A DNA stretch of 64,000 nt from Tubulanus polymorphus (GCF_964204645.1 NC_134027.1:19926560-19990559), one strand, 5' to 3'; shown: positions 10,339 through 22,738, counted from the stretch's first letter. A program made the numbers and translations. Notes: generated by a model from the sequence alone, not told the origin.

Positions 10339-13149
10339 AAAATGATAAAATTGTTTAATGTTAAAAGTGTGAGTAAAGTGTGAGTAAAATAATTGAGATT
10401 TTCAATATTAAAAGTGTGAGTAAAGTGTGAGTAAAATGATAAAATTGTTTAATATTAAAAGTGTGAGTAAAGTGTGAGTAAAATGATAAAATTGTTTAAT
10501 ATTAAAAGTGTGAGTAAAGTGTGAGTAAAATAATTGAGATTTTCAATATTAAAAGTGTGAGTAAAGTGTGAGTAAAATAATTGAGATTTTCAATATTAAA
10601 AGTGTGAGTAAAGTGTGAGTAAAATGATAAAATTGTTTAATATTAAAAGTGTGAGTAAAGTGTGAGTAAAATAATTGAGATTTTCAATATTAAAAGTGTG
10701 AGTAAAGTGTGAGTAAAATGATAAAATTGTTTAATATTAAAAGTGTGAGTAAAGTGTGAGTAAAATAATTGAGATTTTCAATATGAAAAGTGTGAGTAAA
10801 GTGTGAGTAAAATAATTGAGATTTTCAATATTAAAAGTGTGAGTAAAGTGTGAGTAAAATGATAAAATTGTTTAATATTAAAAGTGTGAGTAAAGTGTGA
10901 GTAAAATAATTGAGATTTTCAATATTAAAAGTGTGAGTAAAATGATAAAATTGTTTAATATTAAAAGTGTGAGTAAAGTGTGAGTAAAATAATTGAGATT
11001 TTCAATATTAAAAGTGTGAGTAAAGTGTGAGTAAAATAATTTAGATTTTCAATATTTAAAGTGTGAGTAAAGTGTGAGTAAAATGATAAAATTGTTTAAT
11101 ATTAAAAGTGTGAGTAAAGTGTGAGTAAAATAATTGAGATTTTCAATATTAAAAGTGTGAGTAAAGTGTGAGTAAAATGATAAAATTGTTTAATATTAAA
11201 AGTGTGAGTAAAGTGTGAGTAAAATAATTGAGATTTTCAATATTAAAAGTGTGAGTAAAGTGTGAGTAAAATGATAAAATTGTTTCATATTAAAAGTGTG
11301 AGTAAAGTGTGAGTAAAATAATTGAGATTTTCAATATTAAAAGTGTGAGTAAAGTGTGAGTAAAATGATAAAATTGTTTAATATTAAAAGTGTGAGTAAA
11401 GTGTGAGTAAAATAATTGAGATTTTCAATATTAAAAGTGTGAGTAAAGTGTGAGTAAAATGATAAAATTGTTTAATATTAAAAGTGTGAGTAAAGTGTGA
11501 GTAAAATAATTGAGATTTTCAATATTAAAAGTGTGAGTAAAGTGTGAGTAAAATGATAAAATTGTTTAATATTAAAAGTGTGAGTAAAGTGTGAGTAAAA
11601 TAATTGAGATTTTCAATATTAAAAGTGTGAGTAAAGTGTGAGTAAAATGATAAAATTGTTTAATATTAAAAGTGTGAGTAAAGTGTGAGTAAAATAATTG
11701 AGATTTTCAATATTAAAAGTGTGAGTAAAGTGTGAGTAAAATGATAAAATTGTTTCATATTAAAAGTGTGAGTAAAGTGTGAGTAAAATAATTGAGATTT
11801 TCAATATTAAAAGTGTGAGTAAAGTGTGAGTAAAATGATAAAATTGTTTAATATTAAAAGTGTGAGTAAAGTGTGAGTAAAATAATTGAGATTTTCAATA
11901 TTAAAAGTGTGAGTAAAGTGTGAGTAAAATGATAAAATTGTTTCATATTAAAAGTGTGAGTAAAGTGTGAGTAAAATAATTGAGATTTTCAATATTAAAA
12001 GTGTGAGTAAAGTGTGAGTAAAATAATTTAGATTTTCAATATTAAAAGTGTGAGTAAAGTGTGAGTAAAATAATTGAGATTTTCAATATTAAAAGTGTGA
12101 GTAAAGTGTGAGTAAAATAATTTAGATTTTCAATATTAAAAGTGTGAGTAAAGTGTGAGTAAAATGATAAAATTGTTTAATATTAAAAGTGTGAGTAAAG
12201 TGTGAGTAAAATAATTGAGATTTTCAATATTAAAAGTGTGAGTAAAGTGTGAGTAAAATGATAAAATTGTTTAATATTAAAAGTGTGAGTAAAGTGTGAG
12301 TAAAATAATTGAGATTTTCAATATTAAAAGTGTGAGTAAAGTGTGAGTAAAATGATAAAATTGTTTAATATTAAAAGTGTGAGTAAAGTGTGAGTAAAAT
12401 AATTGAGATTTTCAATATTAAAAGTGTGAGTAAAGTGTGAGTAAAATAATTGAGATTTTCAATATTAAAAGTGTGAGTAAAGTGTGAGTAAAATGATAAA
12501 ATTGTTTAATATTAAAAGTGTGAGTAAAGTGTGAGTAAAATAATTGAGATTTTCAATATTAAAAGTGTGAGTAAAGTGTGAGTAAAATGATAAAATTGTT
12601 TAATATTAAAAGTGTGAGTAAAGTGTGAGTAAAATAATTGAGATTTTCAATATTAAAAGTGTGAGTAAAGTGTGAGTAAAATGATAAAATTGTTTAATAT
12701 TAAAAGTGTGAGTAAAGTGTGAGTAAAATAATTGAGATTTTCAATATTAAAAGTGTGAGTAAAGTGTGAGTAAAATGATAAAATTGTTTAATATTAAAAG
12801 TGTGAGTAAAGTGTGAGTAAAATAATTGAGATTTTCAATATTAAAAGTGTGAGTAAAGTGTGAGTAAAATGATAAAATTGTTTAATATTAAAAGTGTGAG
12901 TAAAGTGTGAGTAAAATAATTGAGATTTTCAATATTAAAAGTGTGAGTAAAGTGTGAGTAAAATGATAAAATTGTTTAATATTAAAAGTGTGAGTAAAGT
13001 GTGAGTAAAATAATTGAGATTTTCAATATTAAAAGTGTGAGTAAAGTGTGAGTAAAATGATAAAATTGTTTAATATTAAAAGTGTGAGTAAAGTGTGAGT
13101 AAAATAATTGAGATTTTCAATATTAAAAGTGTGAGTAAAGTGTGAGTAA
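10339..13149 (+). repeat. Tandem array of about 60 x 47-bp units, two variants
   Basis: Core AATATTAAAAGTGTGAGTAAAGTGTGAGTAAAAT followed by AATTGAGATTTTC (A) or GATAAAATTGTTT (B). Confidence 0.97.
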
Positions 13150-13165
13150 TAATTTTGTTATAAAA

Positions 13166-13822
13166 ATGAAGAAAGAAGAACCCAACTTCAAAATCGAAAT
13201 CAATGAAACCAATAAATCATTTTCACAGTTTAATATTAGAAATTATATTTCAGCAACAAATTTAGTATATGGAAGACAATATAAAATTGATAATATTACT
13301 GTAATTAATCAAATATTATTAAATGAAACATATTTAATTACTGAACTAATAGATACTTTAGATAATGGCGCCAAAAATCCTAAAATATTTAATACAGTTT
13401 TAAATTATAAAGGTAATTTAGATGAAAACATAATAAATATTCTTAAATTTCCTTTTAATGAAAGAGAAAGTGATATAATACTTTCAAATGGTAATGATAG
13501 GATAGACTTAAGAATTGAAAAACGACTATTATATTATTGTAATTTTGATAATAAACAAATTATTTATAATGAAAATACATCAAATATTGAAATTCAATGT
13601 GATTTAGAAAACAATAATTCTTTTAAAGATATTGCAATTCAGTGTGATTTAGAAAATAGTAAATCTTTTAAACATATCGCAATTCAATGTGATTTAGAAA
13701 ATGAATTCAAAAGATTTAATCCTAATGAAAAAATTCATTGTTATTGCGGAGGTAAATATTCAAAATCACATAAATCAAAGCATTACCAAACAATTAAACA
13801 TAAAAACTGGTGTAAAGAGTAA
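13166..13822 (+). CDS. 218-aa hypothetical protein with three IQCD repeats and a C-terminal CxC...H...H zinc-finger-like motif (left arm copy)
   Basis: Open in both arms; ATG at 13166 matches the 218-aa right copy. Confidence 0.75.
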   Translation: MKKEEPNFKIEINETNKSFSQFNIRNYISATNLVYGRQYKIDNITVINQILLNETYLITELIDTLDNGAKNPKIFNTVLNYKGNLDENIINILKFPFNERESDIILSNGNDRIDLRIEKRLLYYCNFDNKQIIYNENTSNIEIQCDLENNNSFKDIAIQCDLENSKSFKHIAIQCDLENEFKRFNPNEKIHCYCGGKYSKSHKSKHYQTIKHKNWCKE

Positions 13823-13894
13823 CAATTATACATTGAAAATAAATTAAATAGTCAAATAATTATTGAATTTAGTTAAATGATTTAAATATCTAAT

Positions 13895-14541
13895 AGACTG
13901 TTGAAATGATAAATTGTTTGGCTGTTAAAATGATAAATTCTTTGACAGTTGAAATGATAAAATGTTTGACAGTTGAAATGATAAATTGTTTGACAGTTGA
14001 AATGATAAAATGTTTGACAGTTGTAATGATAAATTGTTCGACTGTTGAAATGATTTGACAGTTGAAATGATAAATTGTTTGACAGTTGAAATTATAAATT
14101 CTTTGACAGTTGAAATGATAAATTGTTTGACAGTTTTAATGATAAATTGTTCGACTGTTGAAATGATTTGACAGTTGAAATGATAAATGGTTTGACAGTT
14201 GAAATGATAAATTGTTTGACAGTTGAAATGATAAATTGTTTGACAGTTGAAATTATAAATTGTTCGACTGTTGAAATGATAAATTGTTCGACAGTTGAAA
14301 TGATAAATTGTTCGACTGTTGAAATGATTTGACAGTTGAAATGATAAATTGTTTGACAGTTGAAATGATAAATTGTTTGACAGTTGAAATGATAAAATGT
14401 TTGACAGTTGTAATGATAAATTGTTCGACTGTTGAAATGATAAGACAGTTGAAATAATAAATTGTTTGACAGTTGAAATGATAAATTGTTTGACAGTTGA
14501 AATGATAAATTGTTTGACAGTTGAAATGATAAATTGTTTAG
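13895..14541 (+). repeat. Tandem array of 24-bp units (GACAGTTGAAATGATAAATTGTTT) with shorter variants
   Basis: Directly visible periodicity. Confidence 0.95.
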
Positions 14542-14664
14542 CTGTAAATTTAATTGTTATTTGATTTAATCATTTGAAAGTTTAATATTTTAAAAATGAT
14601 TTTAAAATATTTAAAATAAAAACAAGCAAATGTTTATTAATTTTCTAATTTCTTTCTTAAATAA

Positions 14665-14883
14665 ATGGATGGTTTCATTCCAACTGGGAAAAGTGATTTA
14701 AAACATTATTTAGTTGCTGGAGGTTTAATTTTAGCTGCGCTTTACTTTTATTATGAAAATATTTCAAAAGATTTAATAAATGAAAATAATAAATTAAGCA
14801 AGAAATTAAAGAAGTTAAATACTAAAAATGGAAATAATTATAAAAACGGTAATAATCACAAGAAAGTTGTTGAATCAGATTAA
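14665..14883 (+). CDS. 72-aa single-TM protein
   Basis: TAAATG start; hydrophobic YLVAGGLILAALYFYY followed by a basic tail. Confidence 0.6.
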   Translation: MDGFIPTGKSDLKHYLVAGGLILAALYFYYENISKDLINENNKLSKKLKKLNTKNGNNYKNGNNHKKVVESD

Positions 14884-14920
14884 ATAGTGAATTAATCTAT
14901 TAAAATCTTTTTCTTATTAA

Positions 14921-15202
14921 ATGAGTGAAAATATATTAAATTTGTTAAATCTTATTTACAGAAATCAAGAGAAAATGAAATTAATTATGATGATTTCAGG
15001 GTTACTTTCATTTTCAGTTTATAGTTTGAAACAATTGTTTCATTTTTATGATGATTGTAAAATAAAATATATTGAATTGAAAAATAATATCAATTACATT
15101 TCAGATAGAATGAATAATATTAAAAGATGCGAAATTTGTAGTAAAAAATACAAGACGGAAAAAGGATTTAGAAATCATAAAATTGGGCATAAATTGGAAT
15201 GA
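14921..15202 (+). CDS. 93-aa protein with a hydrophobic segment and C-terminal C2H2 zinc finger
   Basis: TAAATG start; CEICSKKYKTEKGFRNHKIGH. Confidence 0.65.
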   Translation: MSENILNLLNLIYRNQEKMKLIMMISGLLSFSVYSLKQLFHFYDDCKIKYIELKNNINYISDRMNNIKRCEICSKKYKTEKGFRNHKIGHKLE

Positions 15203-15469
15203 TTAAATAACAAATTAAAGTAAAGAATTTAAAAAAAATCTCATTTATTGTGTAAAATTGACTAAAATTGAACTAAAATAGACAACTTTGTTAATCTAAT
15301 GAAAGTTAAGTTATATTTTAGTTGAATTGTAATTAAAGTTAGTTGCAACTAACTTCAACTAGAATTTAACTAGAATTGAATAAAAAATTAAAAAGATTAA
15401 CAAGACAGTTGATTTAGTGTATTTTTAGTCAATTTTAGTTGAATTCTAGTTGAAGTTAGTTGCAACTAA

Positions 15470-15856
15470 CTTATCATTTCAACTGTCAAACAATTTATCA
15501 TTTCAACTGTCAAACCATTTATCATTTCAACTGTCAAATCATTTCAACAGTCGAACAATTTATCATTAAAACTGTCAAACAATTTATCATTTCAACTGTC
15601 AAAGAATTTATAATTTCAACTGTCAAACAATTTATCATTTCAACTGTCAAATCATTTCAACAGTCGAACAATTTATCATTACAACTGTCAAACATTTTAT
15701 CATTTCAACTGTCAAACAATTTATCATTTCAACTGTCAAACATTTTATCATTTCAACTGTCAAAGAATTTATCATTTCAACTGTCAAAGAATTTATCATT
15801 TCAACTGTCAAACAATTTATCATTTTAACAGCCAAACAATTTATCATTTCAACAGT
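15470..15856 (-). repeat. Inverted, shorter copy of the 24-bp array
   Basis: AAACAATTTATCATTTCAACTGTC units. Confidence 0.95.
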
Positions 15857-15930
15857 CTATTAGATATTTAAATCATTTAACTAAATTCAATAATTATTTG
15901 ACTATTTAATTTATTTTCAATGTATAATTG

Positions 15931-16587
15931 TTACTCTTTACACCAGTTTTTATGTTTAATTGTTTGGTAATGCTTTGATTTATGTGATTTTGAATATTTA
16001 CCTCCGCAATAACAATGAATTTTTTCATTAGGATTAAATCTTTTGAATTCATTTTCTAAATCACATTGAATTGCGATATGTTTAAAAGATTTACTATTTT
16101 CTAAATCACACTGAATTGCAATATCTTTAAAAGAATTATTGTTTTCTAAATCACATTGAATTTCAATATTTGATGTATTTTCATTATAAATAATTTGTTT
16201 ATTATCAAAATTACAATAATATAATAGTCGTTTTTCAATTCTTAAGTCTATCCTATCATTACCTTTTGAAAGTATTATATCACTTTCTCTTTCATTAAAA
16301 GGAAATTTAAGAATATTTATTATGTTTTCATCTAAATTACCTTTATAATTTAAAACTGTATTAAATATTTTAGGATTTTTGGCGCCATTATCTAAAGTAT
16401 CTATTAGTTCAGTAATTAAATATGTTTCATTTAATAATATTTGATTAATTACAGTAATATTATCAATTTTATATTGTCTTCCATATACTAAATTTGTTGC
16501 TGAAATATAATTTCTAATGTTAAACTGTGAAAATGATTTATTGGTTTCATTGATTTCGATTTTGAAGTTGGGTTCTTCTTTCTTCAT
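15931..16587 (-). CDS. 218-aa hypothetical protein (right arm copy)
   Basis: Identical to the 13166-13822 product except one N/K change. Confidence 0.75.
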   Translation of the reverse strand: MKKEEPNFKIEINETNKSFSQFNIRNYISATNLVYGRQYKIDNITVINQILLNETYLITELIDTLDNGAKNPKIFNTVLNYKGNLDENIINILKFPFNERESDIILSKGNDRIDLRIEKRLLYYCNFDNKQIIYNENTSNIEIQCDLENNNSFKDIAIQCDLENSKSFKHIAIQCDLENEFKRFNPNEKIHCYCGGKYSKSHKSKHYQTIKHKNWCKE

Positions 16588-16604
16588 TTTTATAACAAAA
16601 TTAT

Positions 16605-19522
16605 TACTTTACACACTTTACTCACACTTTTAATATTGAAAATCTCAATTATTTTACTCACACTTTACTCACACTTTTAATATTAAACAATTTTATCATT
16701 TTACTCACACTTTACTCACACTTTTAATATTGAAAATCTCAATTATTTTACTCACACTTTACTCACACTTTTAATATTAAACAATTTTATCATTTTACTC
16801 ACACTTTACTCACACTTTTAATATTGAAAATCTCAATTATTTTACTCACACTTTACTCACACTTTTAATATTAAACAATTTTATCATTTTACTCACACTT
16901 TACTCACACTTTTAATATTGAAAATCTCAATTATTTTACTCACACTTTACTCACACTTTTAATATTAAACAATTTTATCATTTTACTCACACTTTACTCA
17001 CACTTTTAATATTGAAAATCTCAATTATTTTACTCACACTTTACTCACACTTTTAATATTAAACAATTTTATCATTTTACTCACACTTTACTCACACTTT
17101 TAATATTGAAAATCTCAATTATTTTACTCACACTTTACTCACACTTTTAATATTGAAAATCTCAATTATTTTACTCACACTTTACTCACACTTTTAATAT
17201 TAAACAATTTTATCATTTTACTCACACTTTACTCACACTTTTAATATTAAACAATTTTATCATTTTACTCACACTTTACTCACACTTTTAATATTGAAAA
17301 TCTCAATTATTTTACTCACACTTTACTCACACTTTTAATATTAAACAATTTTATCATTTTACTCACACTTTACTCACACTTTTAATATTGAAAATCTCAA
17401 TTATTTTACTCACACTTTACTCACACTTTTAATATTAAACAATTTTATCATTTTACTCACACTTTACTCACACTTTTAATATTGAAAATCTCAATTATTT
17501 TACTCACACTTTACTCACACTTTTAATATTAAACAATTTTATCATTTTACTCACACTTTACTCACACTTTTAATATTGAAAATCTCAATTATTTTACTCA
17601 CACTTTACTCACACTTTTAATATTAAACAATTTTATCATTTTACTCACACTTTACTCACACTTTTAATATTGAAAATCTAAATTATTTTACTCACACTTT
17701 ACTCACACTTTTAATATTGAAAATCTCAATTATTTTACTCACACTTTACTCACACTTTTAATATTAAACAATTTTATCATTTTACTCACACTTTACTCAC
17801 ACTTTTAATATTAAACAATTTTATCATTTTACTCACACTTTACTCACACTTTTAATATTGAAAATCTCAATTATTTTACTCACACTTTACTCACACTTTT
17901 AATATGAAACAATTTTATCATTTTACTCACACTTTACTCACACTTTTAATATTGAAAATCTCAATTATTTTACTCACACTTTACTCACACTTTTAATATT
18001 AAACAATTTTATCATTTTACTCACACTTTACTCACACTTTTAATATTGAAAATCTCAATTATTTTACTCACACTTTACTCACACTTTTAATATTAAACAA
18101 TTTTATCATTTTACTCACACTTTACTCACACTTTTAATATTGAAAATCTCAATTATTTTACTCACACTTTACTCACACTTTTAATATTGAAAATCTCAAT
18201 TATTTTACTCACACTTTACTCACACTTTTAATATTGAAAATCTAAATTATTTTACTCACACTTTACTCACACTTTTAATATTGAAAATCTCAATTATTTT
18301 ACTCACACTTTACTCACACTTTTAATATTAAACAATTTTATCATTTTACTCACACTTTACTCACACTTTTAATATTGAAAATCTCAATTATTTTACTCAC
18401 ACTTTACTCACACTTTTAATATTAAACAATTTTATCATTTTACTCACACTTTACTCACACTTTTAATATTGAAAATCTCAATTATTTTACTCACACTTTA
18501 CTCACACTTTTAATATTAAACAATTTTATCATTTTACTCACACTTTACTCACACTTTTAATATTGAAAATCTCAATTATTTTACTCACACTTTACTCACA
18601 CTTTTAATATTAAACAATTTTATCATTTTACTCACACTTTACTCACACTTTTAATATTGAAAATCTCAATTATTTTACTCACACTTTACTCGCACTTTTA
18701 ATATTAAACAATTTTATCATTTTACTCACACTTTACTCACACTTTTAATATTGAAAATCTAAATTATTTTACTCACACTTTACTCACACTTTTAATATTG
18801 AAAATCTCAATTATTTTACTCACACTTTACTCACACTTTTAATATTAAACAATTTTATCATTTTACTCACACTTTACTCACACTTTTAATATTGAAAATC
18901 TCAATTATTTTACTCACACTTTACTCACACTTTTAATATTAAACAATTTTATCATTTTACTCACACTTTACTCACACTTTTAATATTGAAAATCTAAATT
19001 ATTTCACTCACACTTTACTCACACTTTTAATATTGAAAATCTCAATTATTTTACTCACACTTTACTCACACTTTTAATATTAAACAATTTTATCATTTTA
19101 CTCACACTTTACTCACACTTTTAATATTGAAAATCTCAATTATTTTACTCACACTTTACTCACACTTTTAATATTAAACAATTTTATCATTTTACTCACA
19201 CTTTACTCACACTTTTAATATTGAAAATCTAAATTATTTTACTCACACTTTACTCACACTTTTAATATTGAAAATCTCAATTATTTTACTCACACTTTAC
19301 TCACACTTTTAATATTAAACAATTTTATCATTTTACTCACACTTTACTCACACTTTTAATATTGAAAATCTCAATTATTTTACTCACACTTTACTCACAC
19401 TTTTAATATTAAACAATTTTATCATTTTACTCACACTTTACTCAAACTTTTAATATTGAAAATCTCAATTATTTTACTCACACTTTACTCACACTTTTAA
19501 CATTAAACAATTTTATCATTTT
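16605..19522 (-). repeat. Inverted tandem array of about 62 x 47-bp units
   Basis: Reverse complement of the left array units, with a different A/B order. Confidence 0.97.
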
Positions 19523-20490
19523 ATTAGCGCTTTTATATTAAAAAGTGTGTTTATTTTTGGAAAAAAGCAACAAAAAAAAATTTAATTTGTATCTTTTATT
19601 TCTAGTGAATCAATATAATTTCTAACATTTTTCATGTCGTGTTTTATTAGATGTATCGATGTATTTTTTACAATATTGACAATAATATTGATTTTTATTG
19701 ACATTATTGTTTTCTAGTTGGTGTTCATTCTCCCCCATTTATTAGGAAAAAAAATTACTTGTGGTGATGAGTGGTGTCTCGCCCTCACGCCCTCTGATCT
19801 GAAAACGCCATCTTCTAATTACTGTTTTGTTGTTGTATATTATTATAATATTTTGGTAATTCATTCCAATTTAGTGTTCTTATATCTGAATTTGTCATTA
19901 TTTTACCAAATTCTTTAGTATATAATATTCCTAATCCACCCATTGTACCAATTTATGCTCTAAAATCATTATTTGAATTAATATTAAATTCATTACATAT
20001 TTTATAAAACTAAGAAAAACTAATATTATTATTCAATTCTTTAAAATATTTTAAACCTGGTAAATGACATTCTAATTCATCTAATATTAATTTTATTTGA
20101 AAATATGTATGAAATCTAAAAAGTGATAGCATCAATGGTAAACTTGGTTTGTTTAAATGATCATTCCAACTTATCCCACATCCTGCTGTTGTGCAATAAA
20201 CAGCAAAATTTAATTGGTTCTGCCAATACTTCATATTAGATTTTAATAACCATTGTTGTGCCTCATTTAAATTCTTAAAATTAATTACGTAAACATTGAA
20301 TATATTTTCCATCTTAACATTAAAATTATTAGTTTCAGTAACATAAATTTCTAAATTAGTTAATGAATTTAAAATTTCATTTCTATATGAAATATCTTTA
20401 TTGAAATCTATTGCAGGAATATTATATTTAATTGATTTATTATATTGGAAAGCTTTTGGAAAACTATCTACCATTTATATAATTAAAAAA

Positions 20491-20924
20491 TTAATAATCT
20501 ATTAATTCTTTCAATAATTTATCTTGTTCTTCAACTGTTATATGACCATTTAAACTTATTATATAATCTAGTTTATTTTTCAATTTATTAATTTCTTTTA
20601 TATTAGTTTAAATTTTTTCTTTATTACTTTTTATATTCAATTTTGAACTTTTACCAGTTAAAACACTTGAACTTAATCCTAATACACCAATTGATATAGC
20701 TAAAGGTGTTAATGGTGAAAAAATGCTAGAAATGTTATTACAGAACTAATTGTAACCGAACCACTAATAATAAAATACTATATAATTTTACTTTTTAAAT
20801 ATTTTTTCTTTTTTATCTTTAAGTCACTTTCAAATTCTAATATTTGTTTTTCCAAATATATTTCTAATTTAGTTTTATTTATATCATGAGGAATAATATC
20901 AATATTATCAACTTTATCATCCAT
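20491..20924 (-). pseudogene. Two-TM protein (homolog of 47671-48105), 1-nt frameshift
   Basis: DNA-level match to P2; 434 nt vs 435 nt. Confidence 0.8.
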
Positions 20925-20943
20925 TTATTTAGCAAAGAAATTA

Positions 20944-21366
20944 CTAATTAGTAAATCTATACGCTACAAATATAACAATTACAGTTCCACCTAAAATCCA
21001 TATTATTTCATATTTCTGTTGTTCTTTACTTGGGGTATAATAATCTGATAAATAAGGTTTGTATAGATGTAATTTTTCTTTATTGGTTACCGCGTTATAT
21101 AAACTCATTGCATCATCAACTGATTGAAAATCTCTATGTGAAATCTTCTGATCATATAATTCTTTGTTAATATAATCCATGTAATTTTGCCTCTTTTCTC
21201 TATATTCTTCTGCAGCTTTATTGTATTTCTCTAATGCTAAGTTATGTCTTTTTTGTTCTGATAATGATCCATTTTTATCAATATGTTTAAATAAATATCC
21301 ACCGCCAGTAATTGCTAAAGCGTTAACAATTGCCGATCCTATAATAGTTATAATTGCAGAAGCCAT
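20944..21366 (-). CDS. 140-aa protein with hydrophobic termini and EQKRHNLALE motif
   Basis: Near-identical to 48126-48548. Confidence 0.85.
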   Translation of the reverse strand: MASAIITIIGSAIVNALAITGGGYLFKHIDKNGSLSEQKRHNLALEKYNKAAEEYREKRQNYMDYINKELYDQKISHRDFQSVDDAMSLYNAVTNKEKLHLYKPYLSDYYTPSKEQQKYEIIWILGGTVIVIFVAYRFTN

Positions 21367-21390
21367 TTATTTAGCAAAACAATTATGCAA

Positions 21391-21609
21391 TTATATGGGA
21401 GGAATATATTTTTGTTCCAAATAATCAATAGTTAAATTAGGTAAAGTAACTGCTAATGTTAATTTTAAAATATCATTTATATCAAATCTATCAACATTAA
21501 CACTTCCCATTTTAAATACTTTTTTTAATACCATTGAATAACCAACAGTTCCAACTGATAATAATGCTCCATTATATAATCCAGTAATTATCCACTTATT
21601 ATCACTCAT
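21391..21609 (-). CDS. 72-aa hydrophobic protein
   Basis: Near-identical to 48574-48795. Confidence 0.8.
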   Translation of the reverse strand: MSDNKWIITGLYNGALLSVGTVGYSMVLKKVFKMGSVNVDRFDINDILKLTLAVTLPNLTIDYLEQKYIPPI

Positions 21610-21966
21610 TTATTTATCAAAAAAATTACTATCTTCAAAATATTTAGTTATCTTATTTATGATTAATTCAACATTTATTTCATTACTAGTTTCATTTGTA
21701 TATATTTCAATTATTATTTTTTTAATATCATATATGATAAAATCTTCATCTTATTCATAAAATCTTAAAGATTCTCTAATTAAATTAGTAATCTTTTCTA
21801 CATTTAAAGTTTCTTTATCTATTGTTGTTTCATACTCAAATGTTGTTTCATTAGAAAATGCAATATTTTTAATATGTATAATTACATCATTAATGTTAAA
21901 TTTCATTTCTTTCTCACGTTTAAAATCAAACCCAAAACATATACTCGGTCCAACAGTTATATTCAT
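21610..21966 (-). pseudogene. Hypothetical protein (homolog of 48796-49143) with in-frame stop
   Basis: MNITVGPSICFGFDFK start; TAA at 21751-21753. Confidence 0.8.
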
Positions 21967-21982
21967 TTATATAATGAAAAAA

Positions 21983-22738
21983 TTACTCTCTACATCTTAT
22001 AACTAATTCATATATCACAGGGAAATTATTTAAATCAATTAAATATCCATTATGATTTCTAATTTCTAATCTAAAATTATTAAAATGTGGAATGCAAGGT
22101 TTGAAATCACATTCAGTTAAATTATAATCTATTTGAGTTCCAAATTGTTTGACATTTTTTAATGGTAAAATATTTAATAAACCAGAATTACAAATTGTAT
22201 CTTTAGTTGCTTCGAATGTTTTTGTAGGATCAATTAAATTACAATAAATATAGAAGTGCGTAAAAGGTATTATATTTGGCGTAGTATCAACATTTGAATA
22301 AACTTTATTTGGATTAACTCCTAACATTTTAGCTAATGGTTTTCTTACTATGAATTTATATTGTTCATTTGTTAACTTTATTTTAATTTTATTAGAACTA
22401 TCAATTTTATTAAATTTAATGTTAAACCCAACAGATTCACCCACTTTTAACTGAGCTCATCTATTAATTTCTTGAGATAATGTTTCTAAATTATATAATC
22501 CTGGTCTTAGGAATAGATGATACCATTTATTCATATTTCTATCATGAATCATAAACAATCTATGATCCAAACTTTTGCCCGATACATTATGAAAAGAATT
22601 ACATAAACTTATATTAACTAATTTTAAATCTACACAATTCTTAGATTCTCTATCCAATTGTACTACTAAATTATTTGATTTATAATTTGTAAGTCTTCTT
22701 GAATCAAGAAATATTCTGTATTCTTTGAATTCACCCAC
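21983..22738 (-). pseudogene. Putative minor capsid (penton-like) protein, in-frame TGA
   Basis: PGLYN, YIYCNLI and C-terminal LEIRNHNGYLIDLNNFPVIYEL pattern typical of Polinton pentons. Same 756-nt length as P2 49160-49915. Confidence 0.65.

Larger units (their letters stand above)
10038..19823. mobile_element. Non-autonomous Polinton-derived fold-back element (9,786 bp)
   Basis: Ends AGTAATTAGAAG...CTTCTAATTACT. TSD GTTTTG at 10032-10037 and 19824-19829. Inverted arms about 10038-14541 and 15470-19823. Confidence 0.93.
9358..20474 (-). pseudogene. Conserved Polinton protein (WQNQLNFAVYC motif, C-terminal TM) split by the nested element; pieces at 19824-20474 and 9358-10037
   Basis: Removing 10038-19823 and one TSD copy restores colinearity with P2 46266-47654. 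Confidence 0.88.

Noticed and set aside
10339-13149. CRISPR-like repeat/spacer appearance of the 47-bp array
   Set aside because: Only two 13-nt spacer types recur, there are no cas genes, and the context is eukaryotic.
15460-15847. ORFs 15460-15828 and 15647-15847
   Set aside because: Translations of the 24-bp tandem repeat.
10038-19823. Sequencing or assembly fold-back chimera
   Set aside because: A perfect TSD, a colinear interrupted gene, a unique centre and arm differences favour a real element. Read confirmation is still advisable.
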